Shown here: positions 52,291 through 64,000 of the stretch, piece after piece
Position numbering within the stretch: position 1 is the stretch's first letter
Layout: every line of letters begins with the position of its first letter
DNA from: Octopus bimaculoides
Taxonomy: Eukaryota
Direction of reading: 5' to 3'
Assembly (NCBI RefSeq): GCF_001194135.2
Contig: NC_069005.1
Location: 33,703,867 to 33,767,866 of the forward strand
DNA: 64,000 nt
Made by a program: the position numbers and the translations under genes
The notes under the pieces: generated by a model
What the model saw: only the letters and a program-made list of their open reading frames with translations
Databases searched by the model: none
What the model was told of the DNA's origin: nothing

Positions 52291-53307
52291 TGGTGGCAGA
52301 ATGACCAAAATACTTTGATGGAAAACCGAATCAATCTATAAACTGAGTTGCAAATATCATTAAAGAGAGATTTATCATTAATGTTTAAATCCATTTTGGC
52401 AACGAAGAAGAATGTTTGTAATTGCCATTAAATTGGTCAGGTTATTCTTGCGTGGATCCACTTTAATTTCGAGTTCTTCAGCTTATCTTGTAGAAACGGC
52501 CTTGGTTATCTCCTTTGCCTGTAATCACCAACTTTGTGAAATTGTCAAATTTTTATAGTTGTCTCCCCTTACATTTATAATAGTTAACAGTTACCCCGAG
52601 ATGTTTGTTGTCCATTTTCTTCAAGAAGGAAGTTTCAAATTTTTAAGAAATATTTTTGGTCAGCGATTAACTTTTTTCTCCCACCACCCATCCTTCCCGG
52701 ATAACCTGAAAAACGGCCACAGACACTACTCGTCCTTCTCTAACGAAATGGTAAAGTAAGCTTGATATAAAGAAATACCGTTGCTTCTGTCGATCGGTAC
52801 CTATTACTTGCTGCATCGTTTTTATATTCTGGCAGTAAAACATAACGAAAGAATGGCTGCTGCGATGAGAGAAACTAACAGATTTTATTGACAGAAATCT
52901 ACCGTAATTAAGTCTAAAGACGTTTATTTTTTGATTGGAAGAAAAAAAGGACGTAAAGAAATACAATAGCAAAAAAAAAAACGAGATTTTAAACTGTAGA
53001 TCATCAAAGTAAATATCTAAAGTTATAATTTTCCAGACGATAAATCACATCTTTCGTGTGTTTATTGACAATATTTTGTATATCAGCAATTTCTCTCGAC
53101 AGATTCCGTGTGAAACAACTGCCGGATGTTTTAATCCAAGATACATGCATGATCTCATACGAGATCTATTAGATAAGAAACAAATAAAGTGAGTTAATTC
53201 ATCATCAGTTAGGAAAACTGTTGACGTTTTGAACTCCTTTCATTCTTCCGAGAGAAAAATTGGCAACTCAATGTAACTTCCGATCGGCCGTTATATTTAT
53301 GTTTTCG

Positions 53308-53335
53308 CTGAAGAAGGACAAATATCCGAAGCGTC
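53308..53335 (+). ncRNA. Hammerhead-like motif (degenerate)
   Basis: CUGAAGA-A-GGA-caaaua-UCC-GAAGC-GUC. Helix II is 3 bp. It has GAAGC in place of GAAAC, and helix I does not close. Confidence 0.4.
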
Positions 53336-53619
53336 AGATGTTTTACTCCTCACAGTAAATCTAATTAATGAATCGTTATAGATAAACTTTCATCAACGCA
53401 GTTCTTTTGTTTCATTAGATTCCAGATTTTATCAAACTGTTAGAAATAGCCGCTAAATTACCTTATTAGTCTTAAAAAAGAAGGATGGATGAAATAATGG
53501 AGTATGGGACTCACTGTACAGAAATCAGATGAGATGGTCATGTCAGGAACGTCTTTGAGCAAAGTTGATCGAAGATTAAATAACAATAACAACAACAATA
53601 GGACAGTAATAGCCAAAAT

Positions 53620-53830
53620 ATGGTTGTAACAGCGAAACATGACAGAGAAAGTATGATTACAGCAGCGAAAATTTGTGAATAACAGCGGAAATGAAGGTTA
53701 CAACGAAAATGTAGCAAGCAGTATAGACGAAGATTTAGCAATATCTGCGAAAATATAATAGTAACAGCGAAAATATGGGAGTAACAGCGAAAATATGGCA
53801 GTGACAACGAAAAATATTAGCGCAGAAATT
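53620..53830. repeat. 20-bp minisatellite (GTAACAGCGAAAATATGGCA-like), degenerate
   Basis: Near-identical units at 53761-53800 with eroded units upstream. Confidence 0.8.
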
Positions 53831-55380
53831 GCTAAACAACAAATATAGTGGAAAAGAATATGAAAGATCTAAACAAATTCTTTATTATCTTCAGAATCCA
53901 ATACCGGCTTTCTAGATCCTTCCAGTAAAATCAATACGATTTTATTGAGCTGCCTGCTGGCTTCTAAATGAAAGCGTTCCTAAAGAAAGGATATCTTTTC
54001 GGTTTAAGCACAAATATGTGTTGAAGTGGGGATGATTGCTTAAGCTGTATATAATTTCGTTACGGACCTTCAAGCAGCACAAATATCGCCATCCTTTGTT
54101 GCTATGTCTTGCATTCAACTGAAATGGTGCTGGACAATAGCTTCGGTACCTTTCGGAACGACTACAACCGATATGGGAATCTATACGTGGTCAATCTCCC
54201 AGCTAGAAGTAGCACCCAGATTTCATTCAAATCACACAGTGCCGTCTTCACAGAATAGGAAGGACACATATAACGTAGATTTACATACATTAAGAAGAAC
54301 CGGTATGTATGTATGTATGGAAAGTTGGTGAGTTTTCTCTCGACTAATTGGGCTAATTTAGTTCCAAGGTAGATTGGTCTTGAAGCTATTTGTACCATCA
54401 ACCCACTTTTAATTCTTTTCTCGCTGTATTGCGTGTTTGTTTCTATTTTGCATCTATTATTTTATTTTTGATCTTCTATAAAAATGAAGATATTTCCTTT
54501 GTTTTGCTGTTTTTCTTTACACGAAATGAGAAAATACATTACAGGACTGTTATTTTACCGAGTTATATCTATTTATCACTCAAAGAGACACATCTCCACC
54601 GTTGGATGCTCCTGAACCAGTTGTTAAGTATCCCATCCGTGGTAGATGTGTTGAAACAATTGTCGCGATTAATAAAAAATATCTTATCTTCCATCTTTCG
54701 TCCTTCATTTATCATTATTATAAATATATGTGTATGTGTGTGTATATATATGTATGTATGTATATATANNNNNNNNNNNNNNNNNNNNNNNNNNNNNNNN
54801 NNNNNNNNNNNNNNNNNNNNNNNNNNNNNNNNNNNNNNNNNNNNNNNNNNNNNNNNNNNNNNNNNNNNNNNNNNNNNNNNNNNNNNNNNNNNNNNNNNNN
54901 NNNNNNNNNNNNNNNNNNNNNNNNNNNNNNNNNNNNNNNNNNNNNNNNNNNNNNNNNNNNNNNNNNNNNNNNNNNNNNNNNNNNNNNNNNNNNNNNNNNN
55001 NNNNNNNNNNNNNNNNNNNNNNNNNNNNNNNNNNNNNNNNNNNNNNNNNNNNNNNNNNNNNNNNNNNNNNNNNNNNNNNNNNNNNNNNNNNNNNNNNNNN
55101 NNNNNNNNNNNNNNNNNNNNNNNNNNNNNNNNNNNNNNNNNNNNNNNNNNNNNNNNNNNNNNNNNNNNNNNNNNNNNNNNNNNNNNNNNNNNNNNNNNNN
55201 NNNNNNNNNNNNNNNNNNNNNNNNNNNNNNNNNNNNNNNNNNNNNNNNNNNNNNNNNNNNNNNNNNNNNNNNNNNNNNNNNNNNNNNNNNNNNNNNNNNN
55301 NNNNNNNNNNNNNNNNNNNNNNNNNNNNNNNNNNNNNNNNNNTGTTATTGGATGCTCGGGAAAGGAAAGAGAGAGTGTAT

Positions 55381-55407
55381 GACGTTTCGGGCGTAGCCCT
55401 TCGTCGG
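55381..55407 (-). ncRNA. Minimal hammerhead-like motif with CCGACGA core variant
   Basis: Minus strand CCGACGA-A-GGGC-uac-GCCC-GAAACGUC. Helix II is a perfect 4 bp, followed by GAAAC and a GUC cleavage triplet. The core has U4->C and helix I is weak. Confidence 0.55.
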
Positions 55408-55476
55408 AAAGATGGAAAGTTCGGAGAATGGAAAAACGGAGAAAGAGGAAAATGGTACCGATGCCCACGAGGTTAC

Positions 55477-55515
<39 letters not shown>

Positions 55516-56305
55516 TCTATACATAGATAGGTATAAATACACACACACACGCACACATACACCCACACACACATAAAGGAAAGATAGATGTACAGTTTGT
55601 TACTGCTGCTAAGTTAAGAGTATTATAGAGAGTATGTCATTTTTATGCAAGACTAATCTAAGTTTAAATTAGACCAATTAGCTGAGAGAACTATGGATAA
55701 ATGTTTTGGTCTATTTGAGATCGTCAGACTTGTACAGTCTAAGTGAGTTGATGGTATAGCTAGCTGCAAGACAAATGCAACTTGGAACTAACTTAGCCCA
55801 ATTAGTTGGGAGAGAACTCACCAGCAAGTTTCCATTGTGATAACGACTGGCACTGCTTCAACAAAGTCTGAGAATGTCCCAAGAAGGGAGGAAGGAAAAT
55901 TTGTGAAAATGACATGGTGTTGTTGTTAGGACATTTAGAGAGGATGATTAATGTTGTTATGTAATGCAACGAAAAACCCTACAACAAAATCAATACACAT
56001 TAACAAGAGCAGTGGTAGATAGAAAGAAGAAGAAAAAAATATATATTGATCGATAAATCGATAGTTGGTATGATTGTAGCTAGGACGGGCCAATGATTAG
56101 CTGTACAAGTTGCTTGAAGCTTTCTTAGCCGTTCTGTCTTCACTTTGGACATGATTTCTTCGCCGTCTACGTTACCTTGGTGCTTTGCCAAAAACATGGT
56201 CCCCACTGCTCTCTCACTCTCACTCTCTTCCTCCCTCTCTTTCTCCCTTAATGTCTCTGTCTCCCTCATGCTATATATAAACACACACTCACACGCACGC
56301 ACACA

Positions 56306-56368
<63 letters not shown>

Positions 56369-59300
56369 ATATGCATATATATGTTTATATTTATGTATAN
56401 NNNNNNNNNNNNNNNNNNNNNNNNNNNNNNNNNNNNNNNNNNNNNNNNNNNNNNNNNNNNNNNNNNNNNNNNNNNNNNNNNNNNNNNNNNNNNNNNNNNN
56501 NNNNNNNNNNNNNNNNNNNNNNNNNNNNNNNNNNNNNNNNNNNNNNNNNNNNNNNNNNNNNNNNNNNNNNNNNNNNNNNNNNNNNNNNNNNNNNNNNNNN
56601 NNNNNNNNNNNNNNNNNNNNNNNNNNNNNNNNNNNNNNNNNNNNNNNNNNNNNNNNNNNNNNNNNNNNNNNNNNNNNNNNNNNNNNNNNNNNNNNNNNNN
56701 NNNNNNNNNNNNNNNNNNNNNNNNNNNNNNNNNNNNNNNNNNNNNNNNNNNNNNNNNNNNNNNNNNNNNNNNNNNNNNNNNNNNNNNNNNNNNNNNNNNN
56801 NNNNNNNNNNNNNNNNNNNNNNNNNNNNNNNNNNNNNNNNNNNNNNNNNNNNNNNNNNNNNNNNNNNNNNNNNNCACATCTCATCTCGATACTTTCTCTC
56901 CCTTCTTCAATCATTCCTGAAAATTAGAAATCACAATTGAAATTGATTTACCAAAAGATCGGACGAGAAATATTGCCGGATTATACGAAATGCAATTTAT
57001 ATAACTTTAAGGAGAAGATGACCTTCTGTCTTGAATCCTCCACCGAAAAAAAAAAACACAAAAAAACTGAAGTACACACTGTATATCGTAGTCTCAGGTA
57101 AACTAGGACGAGATTGTCATGACAGGAACCACACTTGATAATGTAGTCGACGGACACTGCACCACGAGTAGAAGAGATAGTCACATCTGGAACATAATAG
57201 ATCGTACACGTTAATGGGCAATCTTGACATTCAACATGATGTGTTGATGTGTAAGAAATAGCAGCGAAATCTCGAATCGTAGACGATTCTCTTTAAATAA
57301 ATAAATTATAACATACAAAAATATTACTTTGGATTATGTGGTTAACAACGATGACGACGACGACGACAACACTAGCCCAACCACCACCACCACCACCACN
57401 NNNNNNNNNNNNNNNNNNNNNNNNNNNNNNNNNNNNNNNNNNNNNNNNNNNNNNNNNNNNNNNNNNNNNNNNNNNNNNNNNNNNNNNNNNNNNNNNNNNN
57501 NNNNNNNNNNNNNNNNNNNNNNNNNNNNNNNNNNNNNNNNNNNNNNNNNNNNNNNNNNNNNNNNNNNNNNNNNNNNNNNNNNNNNNNNNNNNNNNNNNNN
57601 NNNNNNNNNNNNNNNNNNNNNNNNNNNNNNNNNNNNNNNNNNNNNNNNNNNNNNNNNNNNNNNNNNNNNNNNNNNNNNNNNNNNNNNNNNNNNNNNNNNN
57701 NNNNNNNNNNNNNNNNNNNNNNNNNNNNNNNNNNNNNNNNNNNNNNNNNNNNNNNNNNNNNNNNNNNNNNNNNNNNNNNNNNNNNNNNNNNNNNNNNNNN
57801 NNNNNNNNNNNNNNNNNNNNNNNNNNNNNNNNNNNNNNNNNNNNNNNNNNNNNNNNNNNNNNNNNNNNNNNNNNNNNNNNNNNNNNNNNNNNNNNNNNNN
57901 NNNNNNNNNNNNNNNNNNNNNNNNNNNNNNNNNNNNNNNNNNNNNNNNNNNNNNNNNNNNNNNNNNNNNNNNNNNNNNNNNNNNNNNNNNNNNNNNNNNN
58001 NNNNNNNNNNNNNNNNNNNNNNTCCATCACCAACCGTGACCACCACCTTCAACACCGTTACCATGACCAGCATCAGCAACATCACCACCACCAACTACAA
58101 CAACACCAGGTCCAGCGTCAACAACAATAACGACCACGACTGCTACGATAAAAAACGGCCCCCCCCTTCACCGCCCTCGGCCATAACAGTAGCATCCGCC
58201 TCCTCCGCCACCGATATGAGATCACATCTTTGTAGTATGCAATGACCTTTAAAGTCAACAGGAATTAAAATATAAATTGATAATTGAGATTTTATGTAAA
58301 TAAAATTACGTTAAAATTAAAAGACAAAATGAAAAAGAAAAACTTTTAAACTTTGGTAGCAGGCCAATATTTTTATGTAAACATTTATTGATCGATAAAT
58401 GTGTGTGTGAATGCAACAGTTTTTATATAAACATATATAAACACAGCCATTTATATACATACATGCATATATATTATGCAAAGACAGATTATACTTACAT
58501 ATATAGATATTCCTTTCTTATTTTATTAGTTTCTCTCTCAATCTTAATACATACATACATATATATGCATACATACACAAACATATATATATCTATATAT
58601 GTAATATTATCATTATTATTATTGTTGTTGTTGTTATTATTATTTATATACAATCCTAATTTCATGACAACCTTTTAATGTTACCAAATGGTTTCATGTT
58701 AAGGAACGTAAAAGTAAGTTTAGCAATCGTCGGACATGGCTGAATCGAATAAACCTTGGACTCTTTGTCACTAAATTACATGTGTGTATGCATGTTTGTA
58801 TGTATGTATGTATGTATGTATGTATGTATGTATGCATGCATGCATGTATGTATGCATGCAAGTATGTATGCATATATGTATGTGTGTATGTATGTACGTG
58901 TGTGTGTATCTATCTATCTATCTATCTATCTGTCTGTCAGTCTGTCTGTCTATCTATCTATCTATCTATCTATCTCAGTCTATCTATCTCAGTCATTAAA
59001 AAATTGAAACCACATCATTCAAAAAGCTGTAAGGCAGATGAAGCTATGAATAAATAACTTGTGAAATATTGGATAATTCTTGTTCGAAAGAAAAAAAATG
59101 CAAATGGAATCGAAAAACTGACCTGCCGTACAGCAGACAACCGTTATAAACCGGTAGTAGTTCAGTTCCCTCCACTGATTGTGTTTAGATGAGCAAATAC
59201 ACACATACATACGTACATACACACACACACACATACATACATACATACAAAAATACACATACATATGTTTTTCTCCAAAACGGAGACGAACACCATTCCA

Positions 59301-59558
59301 CCATGTGATCAGCTTGAGAAACTGTTAAGGTATTAAGATATTTTCTTGTCATTAAACCAACGGTAGTCTTAATACCCAAATATAGACGTTTTATCCAGCA
59401 ATGCGGTGTTGAGCATTCTTTGTCATTGTTCGACATTTACGCGCACACACACACACACACACACACACGTGCACACACACACACACACACACGTGCACAC
59501 ACACACACACACACACATGCTCAACGCAGACGGCGACTCCCGATGATGCCTGCCTTGT

Positions 59559-59618
<60 letters not shown>

Positions 59619-60223
59619 GTATATCCACACGCTTCGTTTTGTTTCGTATTGCTATTTGTTTTGTTCATATATTGTTTGTTTTTTTTTTCTCTCCATTCTT
59701 CTCTTTCATCATCTTCATTGCGAATGTCACCCTAACCGGATATGTGACCACACCGGAAACGCGTTACTAACATCGGAAATATGTCGTCTGACCGGAAAAT
59801 GTCTCACTGGACCCGATGTCATATCACTTCCGGCCCACATTTCAATTGCCACCAATTCAGGTATGAAAACCATTTCAAACACTCCGCCATCTTGCTTTCA
59901 CGCCGTTGTATATCACTTTCTCCCTTTATCACTTTATACACACGCGCATACACCATTTGTAGTAAAGCTAGTAAAATGCTGATGCTTTTTGTCCACCCTC
60001 GATTCACTCTAGAAGGAATCGTACCTTCATGGTAGAGAAATAATAGCTACAAAGCACCAAAGTCTCTATCTGACTATGTTTCTGTCTGTTTGTCTGTATC
60101 TATGTATTCTGTCTGTCTGTCCGCCAGTCTCTGTGTATGTATTTCCGCTGTTTCTCTGTCTACCATCTACGTATATAACTAGCTCTGTACTTACCGGAAT
60201 ATTTGCATGAACGTCTCTGTCTA

Positions 60224-60224
<1 letters not shown>

Positions 60225-60262
<38 letters not shown>

Positions 60263-60271
60263 ATCTATCAT

Positions 60272-60308
<37 letters not shown>

Positions 60309-60312
60309 CATT

Positions 60313-60343
<31 letters not shown>

Positions 60344-60416
60344 ATTCTCTCTCTCTCTCTCCCTCTCTCTCTCTCTCCCTCTCTCTCTCTCTCTCTCCCT
60401 CTCTCTCTCTCTCTCT
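60225..60416. repeat. (TCTG)n/(TCTA)n/(TC)n compound microsatellite
   Basis: Direct reading. Confidence 0.95.
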
Positions 60417-60732
60417 NNNNNNNNNNNNNNNNNNNNNNNNNNNNNNNNNNNNNNNNNNNNNNNNNNNNNNNNNNNNNNNNNNNNNNNNNNNNNNNNNNNN
60501 NNNNNNNNNNNNNNNNNNNNNNNNNNNNNNNNNNNNNNNNNNNNNNNNNNNNNNNNNNNNNNNNNNNNNNNNNNNNNNNNNNNNNNNNNNNNNNNNNNNN
60601 NNNNNNNNNNNNNNNNNNNNNNNNNNNNNNNNNNNNNNNNNNNNNNNNNNNNNNNNNNNNNNNNNNNNNNNNNNNNNNNNNNNNNNNNNNNNNNNNNNNN
60701 NNNNNNNNNNNNNNNNNNNNNNNNNNNNNNNN

Positions 60733-60766
<34 letters not shown>

Positions 60767-62144
60767 TCTGCAGACATATGTACATACATTTATATTTATT
60801 TGCTTCTACGTGTTTCTGTGTACATTCCTAATTATAGTAAACTTGTGTGTGCGTTTGTGTGTGTGTGTATCTGTGTCTGTGTGATCTAAATATGTGCCTG
60901 TGTATGTGTATATATGTGTCTGTGAATTCATACATAATTCCTATGCTATTTCACGTAAGTCCTGAGGGTGTATAAACAAAAATACGTGTGTATACAAAAA
61001 AGTCTATATTCACACTATATAGATACACCAAACGTTTTCAAATAATACATTATTTTTGTTTGCTTTTTTTATTTTACTATTTGTTCAGTTTCATTTAATT
61101 CGTATTAAATAAGATATATCTGAGAAAAATAAAATAAATTAAAATCAAGGAAAAATGGAGTAAAATAAATATGGTGTCAAAATGGCGTATTTGGAAGCTA
61201 AGCAAAACGAGCGATTGAGAAGGAAGGATAGAAAACGAGATTTGTGTGCGTGTGTGGCGGGAAGGTTTGGGTGATGATCAATGCACACAGAAGTATACAG
61301 ACGTGTGTCGGGGGTGATGGAGAGAGAAAGAAATATAAACGGAAAGAGGGAGTTTGGGGCGTGAGGAGTGTAGCAAGCAGAAGTTAGTAAAAGGGGGGAA
61401 TGGTAAAATAAAAAGGAAATGCAGGGGAGAATATGGTCTTAAAAGGGTCTTCATTCATGTTGATTAGTGTTTTAAAGTTGTGGTATATTAATATCTACAT
61501 GTATGTAGACTGCGTTCATAATCTTTAAAATTCATCATGTATATATATATATATATATATATCATTTGCCATTGCCACCGGAAATTCCATATATACAAAC
61601 ATACATACATATATACATATATCATATATATATAAAGAGAAAGAGAGGTTGATAGGGTGGGGGTGTGTGGTTGGTAAACAAAGATACATGCACACACTCT
61701 GACATACACGTAAACGCATACGTATAATAATCTTAGAACTTTCAGAGAATCTTTCTTTATATTAAAGGTATATCGTGAAATCTCGAATGTTTAAAGAGTA
61801 GCGCAATGTACCCTGGCGATTGATAAAACCGATACTCTACAGTTCGTATTGAGAACCTATTCATCTGATCAAAACACACACACATAAACATACAATTCAT
61901 CTAAGTATCTTCGCTTTAAAAGAGGTGATGTGTTTTCGGCCAAAATCTCTGAAGAGTGAAATATAGTCCAAGTGCAATAGTCAGTGCGAAACCGTCCATA
62001 CAGTTCTAGAAGTCACTCAGTAGCGAACTTATATCCAGCTTAAACCTGGATGTCTTGTTAGAACACCGTATACTGCATTATTATATAGCTTCGAAGGACC
62101 CACTCATATAGTCATCTGATCCATCAAAGTACAAACATATATAA

Positions 62145-62342
62145 ATCGTAGCAGACGAGAATCGTTTTTCATGGGCATCGGAACTCCCATGTCACTAGGT
62201 ATACTCCAAGAAACCATCAACGGAAGCGTCACTGACTGCCACGCACTGAGCAAATGCGTCCAACTGATGGTTTCCAGTAGAATGAAATCACGTGATAGAG
62301 GAGTTCCGGTGCCCATCAGTGGCGACTCTCGTCTGCTACGAT
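62145..62342. mobile_element. Fold-back MITE of about 200 bp with long subterminal inverted repeats
   Basis: ATCGTAGCAGACGAGAATCG (62145-62164) pairs with CGACTCTCGTCTGCTACGAT (62323-62342) at 19/20. ATGGGCATCGGAACTCC pairs with GGAGTTCCGGTGCCCAT at 16/17. GAAACCATCA pairs with TGATGGTTTC at 10/10. Confidence 0.85.
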
Positions 62343-63039
62343 AGTATGTGTGGTTTTATGCACGAGACACTTATATGAATCGTTCGCATATAGGCGCCTA
62401 ATAATTAANNNNNNNNNNNNNNNNNNNNNNNNNNNNNNNNNNNNNNNNNNNNNNNNNNNNNNNNNNNNNNNNNNNNNNNNNNNNNNNNNNNNNNNNNNNN
62501 NNNNNNNNNNNNNNNNNNNNNNNNNNNNNNNNNNNNNNNNNNNNNNNNNNNNNNNNNNNNNNNNNNNNNNNNNNNNNNNNNNNNNNNNNNNNNNNNNNNN
62601 NNNNNNNNNNNNNNNNNNNNNNNNNNNNNNNNNNNNNNNNNNNNNNNNNNNNNNNNNNNNNNNNNNNNNNNNNNNNNNNNNNNNNNNNNNNNNNNNNNNN
62701 NNNNNNNNNNNNNNNNNNNNNNNNNNNNNNNNNNNNNNNNNNNNNNNNNNNNNNNNNNNNNNNNNNNNNNNNNNNNNNNNNNNNNNNNNNNNNNNNNNNN
62801 NNNNNNNNNNNNNNNNNNNNNNNNNNNNNNNNNNNNNNNNNNNNNNNNNNNNNNNNNNNNNNNNNNNNNNNNNNNNNNNNNNNNNNNNNNNNNNNNNNNN
62901 NNNNNNNNNNNNNNNNNNNNNNNNNNNNNNNNNNNNNNNNNNNNNNNNNNNNNNNNNNNNNNNNNNNNNNNNNNNNNNNNNNNNNNNNNNNNNNNNNNNN
63001 NNNNNNNNNNNNNNNNNNNNNNATATATATATGTATGTA

Positions 63040-63104
<65 letters not shown>

Positions 63105-63595
63105 CCATGTTATTTCGGGTTTCATAAGACCTACGTATATATATTGACACACAAGCATACGCACACACATAAATGCACACAAACATACACACACACACAC
63201 TCACACACACAAACGCACACAAACGCGCGCACACACATACACACATACACACATACACACATACACACATACACATATATCACTGTATATTCTTTGTAGA
63301 TTTTTTATTCTCTTGGGCTTCATTCTTCTCCTCTATAATTTCACATTCCTTTTCCAGTTTTATGCCACTCATTCCTTATTTCCTTCCTTCCTTCCTTCCT
63401 TCCATCTCCGCTACTATCCCTCCTTTATTTCTTTTCACTTCTTTTTTTCTCTTTATTATTATATCTTATTGACGCTTCCATATTTTAATAACCCGTCCAC
63501 CAAAAGACGAATGGCAACATGGCCGCCGAAGAGCTATTTAGCAAACACGCTCGATATCATGTGCCTGTATATTTTACATTTTGTATTATATTTTC

Positions 63596-63598
<3 letters not shown>

Positions 63599-63647
<49 letters not shown>

Positions 63648-63656
63648 TATTATTAT
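63599..63656. repeat. (AAT)n followed by (TAT)n
   Basis: Direct reading. Confidence 0.95.
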
Positions 63657-63951
63657 TGCTCTTTTTTGTTGTCTTCATTGTTTTACCGATGTTCTCCACT
63701 TTCCCAGAATTCCGTCCATTATTTATGTCTGCTTTTCTTTTACTGAATTGGTGCAGCTGACCTCCACATTCACCTCTGATCTTGCACACATCGTTCTCAA
63801 GCGATAAAATATAGAATATACGCCATTTTGGAAAGTAAAAGCGAAATATCACTGTAAAACAGCGAAGAGGGAATCTGTATGGGCAGGAGTTTGTGTGTCT
63901 TTGTAGGTGTATGTATGTGTATGTAGGTGTCGTTGTATGTGTGTGCTTCTG

Positions 63952-64000
<49 letters not shown>

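Noticed and set aside
54602-54680. KYPIRGRC resembling the glutathione S-transferase N-terminus (YFP-x-RGR)
   Set aside because: The surrounding residues and splice context do not fit, so it is a short chance similarity.
55701-55727. Minus-strand CUGACGA-UCUC-aaaua-GACC-AAAAC-AUU as a hammerhead
   Set aside because: It needs about four substitutions to restore helix II, GAAA and the cleavage site, and it has no helix I. At most it is a fossil.
57090-57195. SEA-domain-like VTISSTRGAVSVDYII after a minus-strand acceptor
   Set aside because: There is no convincing donor, the opposite strand is equally open, and the similarity is too weak.

Overview
This is eukaryotic, AT-rich, repeat-saturated animal DNA from a gapped short-read assembly. 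It has 20 N-runs totalling about 8.8 kb, and most abut microsatellites. The SINE and MITE sequences and the microsatellite style match what I recognise from octopus (cephalopod) genomes; that is an inference, not a database result. No host protein-coding gene could be identified. Almost all long ORFs in the track are microsatellite or N-gap artefacts. Supported content: (1) dense di-, tri- and tetranucleotide microsatellites and several minisatellites; (2) at least 14 copies of three tRNA-derived SINE families; (3) two decayed R4/Dong-type LINE fragments, one with YMDD; (4) three mariner-derived MITE remnants and one fold-back MITE; (5) two Penelope-like element (PLE) remnants, a GIY-YIG 3' end and an RT. 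The most interesting signals are several hammerhead-ribozyme-like motifs tied to PLE remnants and to a short dispersed repeat, two of them with a non-canonical CCGA core. Also notable are a head-to-head SINE pair forming a long hairpin, an ETS/YY1-like motif cluster near 59.8 kb, and a few weak minus-strand exon candidates.
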